A stretch of 64,000 nt of DNA from Eledone cirrhosa (Eukaryota): assembly GCA_964016885.1 (NCBI GenBank), contig OZ024750.1, forward strand, positions 52,390,001-52,454,000, written 5' to 3'. Under the pieces are notes generated by a model, which was not told where the DNA came from, searched no databases, and saw only the letters and a list, made by a program, of their open reading frames with translations. Of the stretch, positions 36,731 through 48,700 are shown piece by piece. Positions within the stretch are counted from its first letter, which is position 1. Each line of letters begins with the position of its first letter. A program made the position numbers and the translations under genes.

Positions 36731-39700
36731 GTTTGTTTTGTCTTTTATTTCTTTATATGGTAAAGGAGACTCTTCAGTCTGACTGAGTATATATCAACCT
36801 CTCTAGTACTGCTGCCAGGATAAAATACACCCAGTACACTCTGTAAAGTGGTAGTGTTGGTGCCAGGATAAAATATACCCAGTACACTCTGTAAAGTGGT
36901 AGTGTTGGTGTCATGATAAAATACACCCAGTACACTCTGTAAAGTGGTAGTGTTGGTGCCAGGATAAAATATACCCAGTACACTCTGTAAAGTGGTAGTG
37001 TTGGTGCCAGGATAAAATACACCCAGTACACTGTAAAGTGGTAGTGTTGGTGTCATGATAATATACACCCAGTACACTCTGTAAAGTGGTAGTGTTGGTA
37101 ACATGATAAAATACTCCCAGTACACTCTGTAAAGTGGTAGTGTTGGTGTCATGATAAAATACACCAAGTACACTCTGTAAAGTAGTAGTGTTGGTACCAT
37201 GATAAAATACTCCCAGTACACTCTGTAAAGTGGTAGTGTTGGTATCATGATAAAATACACCCAGTACACTCTGTAAAGTGGTAGTGTTGGTGTCATGATA
37301 AAATACACCCAGTACACTCTGTAAAGTGGTAGTGTTGGTGTCATGATAAAATACACCCAGTACACTCTGTAAAGTAGTAGTGTTGGTGCCATGATATAAT
37401 ACTCCCAGTACACTCTGTAAAGTAGTAGTGCTGGTGTCATGATAAAATACACCCAGTACACTCTGTAAAGTGGTAGTGTTGGTGCCATGATAAAATGCTC
37501 CCAGTACAAACTGATAAAATACACCCAGTACACTCTGTAAAGTGGTAGTTCTGGTGATGTGATAAAATACCCCCAGTACATATTACAAAGCTATTGTTAG
37601 CAAGAGCATCCAACTGTAGAAACTGGAATGCAGGAGCAAGATGAGATCTCTCTAACTTTTCTAGTTTTGGACTGTGACAACCCAACCATTATAGAAAGTG
37701 GGCATAAAATAATGATGATGTTAGTTTGAACACAGTAGGGAAATTACTAGTTATAATGTCGTACTTACAATACAAGTGTCCTAGTTTATAAAGAAATTAA
37801 TCAGGTTTTTTTTTCACATCACTTATGGCTCATATTGTCACAAGAAGTATGTGTTTGAATGTTTCCAATATTTGTGGATCCAAGGATTTACAGGCCATGT
37901 TTGGAAATATTATCCAGTGACACAGGGTAGAGACCTGTTCAAGAGCTTTGTAGTCAAAGGGTTGTTTTAAATATGATACCATATATAATTGCAAATTAAT
38001 TTACTGGGCCTACAAACCCTCAATGCAAAATATGTGGTACATTGTAAATGTATGTAAAATGGAAGTGCAACATAAGCATAGGTATATACACTAAGTTAAA
38101 CATTTATTTTTCACTATCTTTACTTTAACTCTAATTAATTACGTATAATTCTATGTAAGAAAGTTATGGTTTTTTCCCCCATGCATTCACAGGCTGGATA
38201 ACGCCCAGCTTATTCCAGTTTCAGGTTGTTAAGTGACTGAGAATTCAAGACTGGACATGAGTGCCAGTCCATCACAAGGCTGTTTCTGGTATCCATTTCT
38301 TACTAAATGAATTGGAGCAATGTAAAATGAAATGCCTTGCTCAAAGAAACAATGTGTCTCCCAGTCTAGAAATTGAACCTACAACCATATGATCGCTCAA
38401 TACCCCTGATCATAATTCTAAATTACATTCTTCATTTTTTGTTTGTTTTTAATCAAACTCCACATTTCACTGCAGTAAGAGTTTTATTGTGTTATTGTAG
38501 GCTTGATGATAACTTTGAAGAGAGAGACAGTACATCTATTTCAATGTTAATACTATATGATTACTATGCTGAAACATGTCAGTTGGATGCATCCAAAGTT
38601 GTCGATATTCCAAACTTTAAAAAGGTAAAAACAACTAATTCTCTTGATTAAATGTAAAAATATCTGAGCTGTCTTACAATTCTAATTTTTCTATTAACGT
38701 CATTTTTAGAGAGAAACCGTTTTTCAATATTTACACTTTTATAACTATCCAATTAGAGGTGACTAAAAGGGTTGGAAAGGCTTCCAGCTGTAAAAAATTG
38801 CCTCAAAGAGGACCTATGATGAGTATGAAGCCTTACATAGGACCCTTATGGTTAACCTCTGCTTTAGCAGGGAAAATGACCGTTATTGTTTGATCTTCAT
38901 CTTTAGTTGTCTTATTCAGTGATGTGTACATAGTACTAAACTGAATTAGAACCAAGAATCTTTATTTATTAATCAAGTTCAATAATGTTCTTATCCACTA
39001 GACTATTGATGAATATACATAGTGTAGATGTAATCTGTATGATCTAATGCATAATATAAGGGTAAAGACCCCCTTCGGTCATGAGTGACCATGGCATTTG
39101 CACCGAAGCACAAGTCCGGGCAAGATTGTTTGTGTAAGATCAACAGTCACCCATGCATACCAACCTCCCCTCACCACACCACCGATGTTGTCCAAGGGAA
39201 AAGCAATGGCTGCTACAGCTTGGCACCAGTGATGTCACTACTCATTTCTACAGCTGAGTGAACTGGAGCAATGGGAAATAAAGTGTCTTGTTCAAGAATA
39301 CAATGCAAAGCCCGGTCCGAGAATTGAATTCACAACCTCATGATTGTAAGCCCAACACTAACCACCAAGCCCTACGCCTTCACAATGCATAATATAGAGG
39401 TAATATATTCCTATATTATTGAAAAATTCATAGTCTGGAAAATTAAAATCTTATATAAACTAATTTCTGTTAACCATACTACTATACATTATAGTAGTAT
39501 GTTACTACTAATTCAATAATTTATATATTATAGTAGACTCATCTTTGTTGTGTCCAATGCCCTAGCCCCTATACTAAACACTACACCCAGTCCTTCTTTT
39601 CCAGATCATCAGCCTTCTGGAACTCTCTCTCTCTCTATTCATCTCTCCTCCTCTCACCCTCCATACTGTTTCCCATGTCCCAACCCTATGGAACTCCCTG

Positions 39701-42700
39701 CCTGCTCCCTCTTCAGGATATGTACTAACCACTACACCCAGTCCTTCCTACTTTCACTGTTGGATCTCAGGAACTCCCTCCCTGCTCATCCTTTCTCAAA
39801 GAAATCGACTTGCAACAATTTAACCCTTAACATCCTGTAATGATTTAGCAAAGAATATCTAAAAATTGATTTGTTAATTCAAATGTCTATGGACAGATTG
39901 TGAATAAATTTGCAGTATTTAGAGTAAAAACTTTAATTTTTAATGTGATGCAACCATAGGGCATTTTTATAGTTTTCAAGAATGTTTTGCTAATGGGGTT
40001 TGATGTGGTATAGGGCAGATCAACTGCATTGATCTCTCCAGTCAGGACGAAAGGTAAAGTTGACCTTTGGCAGGATTTGATCTTAGAATAAATACTGCAA
40101 AGCATTCTAAACAACATTCTAATGACTGTCACTTTACCAAAGATTAAATTAGCTTATGTAAAATCTCTGATTATGTTTAATGTGTATAAGAATTTCTCTA
40201 TCTGTTTGTTTGATATATAATGACTATATTTTAATATTTGAAAATAGATTGTACGCCAGAAATTTGGGAAAGGTATTGGAATCAAGGACACTTCAGCTTA
40301 TAAAGGTTTGTTAAAAGAAAAGAAACCTAAAAAAAAACCAACAGTTCAAGCTGAATCACTACGATTAAAAATGAAAGACATTATTGATGAAGCTCTGAAA
40401 GAGTCGGGAAATCCTGTATCCTTTTATTTTTATATTTACATTCAATGTTTCATATATACCTTTAATGTGTCATGTGTTTATCTGTTTTATAAAGCTGTGG
40501 TTTGGGTGTTAGACTTACGATTATATGGTTATAGGTTCAATTCCTGAACCAGGCAAAATATTTTATTTCACATTGCTCCTTCTGCTGGGAATTGTGACTG
40601 GCACGATAGTATCAGCAAAAGAAAGTTTAATGGAAACATTGTTTTCATGATCTGATGGGATAATTTGCTCATTTCCTGGTTTATCAACCCATGAAAGTTT
40701 ATTGTATATAATTGCAGATGTCACATTTTTTTTGGTTGAGAAATAGGAGCACTAAAATATTTGGTACGGAAAGCCATGTGATTTCGCTATCAAATGTTAG
40801 TGTTGTGTAGGGGTCAAAGACTGGAGCCTAAATATAAACAAAGGGGTGTGTGATTTATATACAGAATATTGCTTCATTCAAAATATCAGAATAGGGGATT
40901 GAGTGATTTACTTACTGAACCTTGCCCTTTGTGGATGAAAGACGGAAGCCAAAATATTAGAGACACAAAGGAGTGCGACTTATATGAGTATATACTGTAT
41001 TTCATTTAGTAAAACTAGAATCCAAGGAACTTAGTGATGGGTCTGTTAAATACATTAGAATAAGTTGATCATGAGAAGGAACCCTCATCAAGCATGATTA
41101 CTGTAGACCAAACCTTTTAAACCACCAACCCCTTTGTGGAATCCTTGACTTGCCTTTGGCCTCAGGCATCTACACAAATACATAAGTAAACAGGATATAA
41201 AATAAGTATACAATAAAGACTATAAATCAAGAAACCTGTCTCAGCAAGTTGTTTATTTTACACAATGTCACTTGACTTTCAAGGTAATCTCATTAACCAC
41301 TTTGGGAATCCCTGCTTTATACTATCAATTTATGTGTAGTTTTTTCTTAACAAAGTGGTTCAGAAAAAAGGTGTTCGTTTTCATTGGTTGAAACAGTATA
41401 TTGGGGCCAAATATCCTGCCCTGCGGGTTGATTTAAAACCAGGCCTTCTAAAGGTTGCTCTTGAACGAGGTGTTCGATTTGGATCCGTTCAATTGGTGAG
41501 TGATTCATTATTATTTTTATTATTGTTGTTGTTATGTTGTGTGGGAGAGTGATGGATTGGTAGTATCAGTAGAGTGTCTAACATGTGGGAGAGTGGTGGA
41601 TTGGTAGTATCAGTAGAGTGTCTAACATGTGGGAGAGTGGTGGATTGGTAGTATCAGTAGAGTGTCTAACATGTGGGAGAGTGGTGGGTTGGTAGTATCA
41701 GTAGAGTGTCTAACATGTGGGAGAGTGGTGGATTGGTAGTATCAGTAGAGTGTCTAACATGTGGGAGAGTGGTGGATTGGTAGTATCAGTAGAGTGTCTA
41801 ACATGTGGGAGAGTGGTGGATTGGTAGTATCAGTAGAGTGTCTAACATGTGGGAGAGTGGTGGGTTGGTAGTATCAGTAGAGTGTCTACCATGTGGGAGA
41901 GTGGTGGATTGGTAGTATCAGTAGAGTGTCTACCATGTGGGAGAGTGGTGGGTTGGTAGTATCAGTAGAGTGTCTAACATGTGGGAGAGTGGTGGTTGGT
42001 AGTATCAGTAGAGTGTCTAACATGTGGGAGAGTGGTGGGTTGGTAGTATCAGTAGAGTGTCTAACATGTGGGAGAGTGGTGGGTTGGTAGTATCAGTAGA
42101 GTGTCTAACAACATGCTTTGCAGCATATATTTACGGCCCTTTATGTTCTGAGTTCAAATCCCAATGAAGTTAGTTTTGTTTTTCATCATTACAGGACCAA
42201 TAAAATAAAGAACCAGTAATACACTAGGGTCAATTTAATCAACTTTCCCCTTCAAATTGCTGGCCTTGTGCAAAAAGTAGAAGCAGTATGCTGTGTGCAC
42301 CCAGTTTAAAATAGGTAAACTCATAAGAAACCTCTAAATTGGTTGATGCCAAGAAAGAAGAAACATTGCTTCAAAAATGTTTCCAATCAGATACTCTTCC
42401 TCTGTAATATGTTTAGATGTAACGATATTTAAATACAAACAAGTCAGGTCTTCTGTTTTGCAATAACTTCTTCCCAACATTCTCAGGTGGTTTTTAAAAC
42501 AGTCTCTACTGTTATCTGTGTACCATATATTTATATATAACTTCTGTGAATTCTTTATTTTCAGGTTCGAGGAATTGGTTACTGTGGCTTCTATCGTCTT
42601 CCCCTGCCAGATAGCTCCGAGGAAGCCAAAGTTGTGAAATCTAAGAAGAAAGAAAGTGGATCTGAAGATAAAAAGAGTGACGATACTGCTGATGAAACTG

Positions 42701-45700
42701 CTAAATCTGAAGTAAGTAAACCAACCTCAGTATTTCCTTTCTAATGTTTCAGTTAACAGTTGAGCAGGTCAGCATCAGAGATTGCTTCTATGGACACACA
42801 TAGGAGCCCAGGTAAAACAAGCTGAAAATGTTACCCTGGAATCTTAGCTGTAACCTCTCGTTAGTTTGATGTTAATGAATATGGAGTGAGGGCATATTTA
42901 TTTAAAAACTTTCCATCAACATTTTTATGTAAGAACCTCTGTTAAGTAATATTCCAAACACCAGCTTAACGAGAAAGGTATTTATTTTAACAAACCCCTC
43001 CAAATTGTTGATTATTTTAAACATGATTTGAAAGACAGGCTGTATATTTCATTAGAAATATTGTAAACAAATCTTTTATGATCTGAGTTGTCCATTTTAG
43101 TCCTTTAGTTGTTTAGTCTTTAGTTGTTGTTGTTTAGTCCTAAATCAGTCCCAATTCACAAAAATTTTGAGGTCTTCCAATATAATAAGTAAAAAATGTT
43201 ATTTTTTCAAAACCAATCTAAATTCATGATGATATTTAGATTGGTTTTGAAAGTGATGGAAAGAGTTATAGTGCAACTAATTAGAGAAAGAGTCAAATTA
43301 GACAAGATGCAGTTTGGTTTCAGACACCCTCTTTTTAGTGAGGCAACAAGAGAAGTTTTTAGCAAAAAATAAGCCACTATACCTAGCTTTCATTAAGGAA
43401 ATTAGGCGTAGAAGAGTGGTTGATGAGAGCAGTGCAAGTCATGTACAAAGGAGCTGTCAGCAAAATGAGTTTAGTGAGGAATTCAAGGTACAAATAAGAG
43501 TTCATGAAGGTTCAGTTCTTAGCCCACTACTGTTCATTAAAGTCTTCCAGGCTATAAGAGAGGAGTTTAAGACTGGCTGCTCATGGGAACTTCTCTGTGC
43601 AGATGATCTGGTCTTTATAGCCGAATCCATTAAAGATCTAGAAAATAAGTTCCAACTATGGAAACAGAATTTAAAATCAAAGGGCCTGAGAGTAAACTTA
43701 GCCAAAACTGAAGTGCTAGTGAGTAGGACAGAAAATAGGACCCTGAAAGGAAGTGGCCCTGCTCAATATGTAGAAAGGGAGTAAACGAACTTCATACAAT
43801 GGACACAGTGTAAATCTTGGGTGCACAAGAGATGTGGGATAACGAGTAAGCCAACAGGAAGGGAAGATTTTGTTTGTAGAGGATGCACAGAAGTAACCGA
43901 GGGTAAGAAAGCCAGTGATTTAAACCTATTCCAGTCAGAGGAAAGACCCATAGAAGTGGTTGATAGCTTCTGCTATCTAAGCAATGTAGAGGAGTGCTCT
44001 GGGGAAAGTTGAGCGAGCTACTCCCACTGTTGACCACAAATGGTTTCTCCCTACATACAAAAGGACAATTGTATGACGCCTGTGTATGAAGTATGAAACA
44101 GCATGGTAGTGAAACATGGACTGTAACTGTGGAGGACGTGCATAGACTGGATAGAAATGAAACAACCATGCTCCATTGGATGTGTAATGTAAGTGTGAGA
44201 GAAAGGTAGAGCTTGGATGAGTTAAAGAAGCTGGGTTTAAGAGTAATTCAAGGTAGAGTGCAGACTGCGTTGGTTTGGACATATGATACACATGGACAAT
44301 AATCGTTGGGTGAAGAAGTGTCAGGAAATGCCAATGGAAGGAAGTCAAGAAAGACCTGGGCAAAAGTGGTGGAAGCTGACCTCAAATCACTGAAACTCAC
44401 AGGCAATGACAAAAGATTGCAACGTTTGGAGAGATGCCGTGCTGAGAAGGATCCGTCCAACCCATGCAAGCATGGAAAAGTGTACATAAAAATGATGATT
44501 TAGAATTGAATTAAAGCATATTGGTGTGGTTTAGTTTGAAATATAGTATGGGAACAGTTAACCATTTTGATACCAAATGTCCTAACTGTGAATGGTTCTG
44601 ATACAAAGTTGTTTCTTTTAAAGTCTTTGGACATGCCTTCCAGATCTTCCTATTAGAAGCAACCATTTCCAAATGATGTTGGATTCCCAAGTGAGACCAA
44701 CTGATGTTATGGAAGTTATCTAACCATCTTGTTTGTGATCTACTTCTGCTTCTCTTGCCAGTTGGCTTTGCCTGTAAAATCTGTCCAACAATTCTTTCTT
44801 GAGACATTCTCACTACATGTCTTTAGTACTTGAACTGTGATCTTTTGATGCAAAGAAGTAGCGGCTCTATCTGGAGCGATACCCTGATCTCAAAGTTATG
44901 CATCTTATCAAAAACCTTTATAGGAACAAACCTCTTATTGGCTGCTTGTATTCCCAATTGTATTCTTTTGATCATTACCTCATTTGTTCATTTATTCATT
45001 CATAAGAGTAGGCACAAACACCAAATTAGATTTTGTTGTTTAATAAAATTGGAAATGTTATTTTACCAAATCTCTTTAAATTGTTTGTTATTTGCAAAAT
45101 TAGTTGAAAATCATAATTCAATGTTTTTCATTAAAAATATGATAATGAAATGGTTAAAACAAATTTATTTAAAGATGTTTTATTTTGTTTGTTATTCTAA
45201 TATCAGGATGCTGGCGAGAATGGTAGTGATGAGAAAAAAGATGATGGTGATAAAGCCACTGATGAGCCTGAGAAAAAGACTAGGAAAAGAAAGTCCACTA
45301 AAGATGAATCCAGTAAGACAGCTAAAAAATCAAGGAAAGCAAAGAAAGGTGATTAATTTTGAGGTTTTTATTGTTAGTGACAAATGATTTCATCTGGCCC
45401 CAGAATGTGGAAAATGTTAAACAGTAATGATGGAAGACTTTTCAGCTATTCCAAAGACATGACAATTGTCCTAGTGTTGGGGCCACAATAAAAAGTACTT
45501 GGTTGAGTGTGGTATCATGTGTTGGGGCCCTGGCCGACTTGGAAATCTGAGACTCCATTTGAGTACTGACTGGTCTGTAATTCCATGTCCAATCCTTGCT
45601 TGCAGGGAAAATTAATGATGATGGTCAATGATATATATAGTTTATCACAACTCTACACTAAAATGTGCTTAAGAAAAATTTATAAAGAATATTCACAAAT

Positions 45701-48700
45701 ATCCTGCGAAGTATTCTAGGGCAATATTTGAATGTAATTGTTATGCCATAACAAAATTTAATAAATTCAGCTACCTCTGTTGTGGACCAATTGTCTGGAA
45801 TCATTTTGTGTGCAAAGATGCAACTTTTCCAGACTCAAAAGATGTAAAAAACATATTAAAAAGACACTGTTGAGTAATCAACAAACCAGTTTGTGGTAAA
45901 AACTTAATATTTTTAGTAACATGAAAAACATATTTCAAAATTTGTAAATAAAATAACAAAATAACCTAACATAAAGTGCTCCGTTTACAGGCCATCATGA
46001 AAAAGATGGTAGTTTTTTTACTATAATCCTTCCTGATGTCCTCACTAGCCTGATTAGCACATTCTCAAAAATGAACCACTTCATTTCATTCCAAAAAACT
46101 TTTATTCTCTTCTTTGTAAATAATGTATCATACTTTTTTATGCACCTTTTTTTATATTTTAGTTTTATATATGGCTAGTGAAATAAATAAGAAAAAGAAA
46201 GAAAATATATATATAATTGTTTCTACTTTTGGCACAAGGCCAGCAATTACCAAGTGCATTACTGGTACTTTATTTTATCGACCCCGTAAGGATGAAAGGC
46301 AAAGTTAACCTCGGCGGGATTTGAACTCAGAATGGCAAGGGCCGTCCGTAACTCTGCATCAAAGCATGGCGCCTGACTCTCTACCGATACTGCCAATCCA
46401 CAATGTTAATTAATTGATATAATTGTTTATATCATCATCATCATCATTTTACGTCTGCTTTTCCCTGCTTGCAAGGGTGGGACGGGAACTGATTCTGGCT
46501 TAATTTCTACAGCTGGATGCCCTTCCTAACACCAACCTCATTTACAGTGAGTGCTGGGTGCTTTTTTGCCGTGGCAACTCCACGACCACTTTGCAGTGGA
46601 ATGATAGGGACCCCAGTCCCTATCATCTCATTTCTACAGCTGAGTAAACTGGAGCAATGTGAAATAAAGTGCCTTGCTCAAGGAAACAACACATCACCCG
46701 GTCTGAGAATTGAACTCACAACCTTTCGATTGCAAGGCCAATGCTCTAACCACTAAGCCATGTGCCTCCATATATATATATTCTCAGACCGGGTGATGTG
46801 TTGTTTCCTTGAGCAAGGCACTTTATTTCACATTGCTCCAGTTTACTCAGCTGTAGAAATGAGATGATAGGGACTGGGGTCCATATCATTCCACTGCAAA
46901 GTGGTCGTGGAGTTGCCACGGCAAAAAAGCACCCAGCACTCACTGTAAATGAGGTTGGTGTTAGGAAGGGCATCCAGCTGTAGAAATCAAGCCAGAATCA
47001 GTTCCCGTCCCACCCTTGCAAGCAGGGAAAAAGCGGACGTAAAATGAAAATGATATATATATATATATATAATAACTAGAGATTGATTAACATATGACAC
47101 CCATAATTTTGATTTAGATTAAATTCATTTGATTTATCTTAATTTTGGATATAGATATATATATATATATAGTTGCTTCCCCTGTTGACAAAGAAGGGTT
47201 TCACCCTGCGAACGAAAGGCTGGCTATATGATGCCTGTGTGAGATGTGATGCTGCATGTTGGTGAGACATGGGCAGCAACTGCGGAGGATATGTGGCGAC
47301 TGGAGAGAAATGAAGCAGGCATGCTCCGTTGGATGTGCAATGTGCGTGGGCCACCAAGCATGGAGGAGTTGAGAGAGAAACTGTATAAGAGGGTTGTAGT
47401 GTGTGGGAGAGAAGACTGCGTTGGTATGGACATGTGATGTGCATGGATGATGACCGCTGAGTAAAGAAGTGCCAAGAAATCCCAGTAGAGGAAGACCACG
47501 AAAAACACGGGCGGAAGTGGTAAGAGCTGATCTCAGATCGCTGAAGCTCACGGAGGAGATGACGAAGGGCTGTGACAAGTTGAGAGATGCTGTCCCACCC
47601 TTGCAAGCAGGGAAAAGCGGACGTAAAATGATGATATATATAATTGTTTATATACTTGTAGATATTTTCTTCACCGAATTAGTTTGAGTTAAAATGAAAT
47701 TATTCTTTGTTTAGTTTATAGCTAATAATATGTCTTTGTTTTGTAGGGAAAAAGAAAAAGAAGCCAAAACATAATTCTGAGCTGAAGATTGAAGATACGT
47801 TTCCACTAGCCATTACTTTCATGTCAGAACCTAAAGAAGCATCAGTGTCTCGGATTAAGCGTTATATTCAAGACTTTTATCCAGATGTTAATGCCGAAGT
47901 GAGGTAAGCTTAATTATGACAAGTCTAGTGTAGCTAAAAGCTGATACATTGAGTGAAGACTGATCTCATTGTTTCTTGGCATACATTCAATTTAGCTTAT
48001 GCTCCTAATTTCCCATGGTAATGCAAGAACATCACAACAGCTCGTGTTTCCCTTTCCCTAAAATTAAAGGACTTTTTATACTCAGTCAAATATAAACTAA
48101 TTATGTCACTATCAACATCATCACCATTTAATGTCTATTTCCCCTGCTTGCATGGGTTAGCCAGGTTGTCATGTTTATGAGACAAGTCAGGTCAGGTGAC
48201 TATGTCTTGCCCATACGGAACTGTTTCTGGCTTGGATTCTACGTTTGAATGCCCTTCCTAATGCCAACTACTTTACAGGGGTAGACTGGGTGGTGTTTCC
48301 TTGTGGTACCAGTATGACCACTTTACAGGGTAGACTGGGTGGTGTTTCCTTGTGGTACCAGTATGACCACTTTACAGGGTAGACTGGGTGGTGTTTCCTT
48401 GTGGTACCAGTATGACCACTTTACAGGGTAGACTGGGTGATGTTTCCTTGTGGTACCAGTATGATCACTTTACAGGGTAGACTGGGTGGTGTTTCCTTGT
48501 GGTACCAGTATGACCACTTTACAGGGTAGACTGGGTGATGTTTCCTTGTGGTACCAGTATGACCACTTTACAGGGTAGACTGGGTGGTGTTTCCTTGTGG
48601 TACCAGTATGACCACTTTACAGGGTAGACTGGGTGGTGTTTCCTTGTGGTACCAGTATGACCACTTTACAGGGTAGACTGGGTGATGTTTCCTTGTGGTA

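Noticed and set aside
36805-37580. CRISPR-like array (also 41539-42110, 48268-48935, 60685-62411)
   Set aside because: No unique spacers, no cas genes, eukaryotic context
44830-45387. 185-aa ORF
   Set aside because: Antisense RTE remnant plus intron, overlapping exon 6 in the wrong frame
46700-46770. tRNA gene (also heads of SINE A and B copies)
   Set aside because: A/B boxes continue into SINE bodies; no complete cloverleaf
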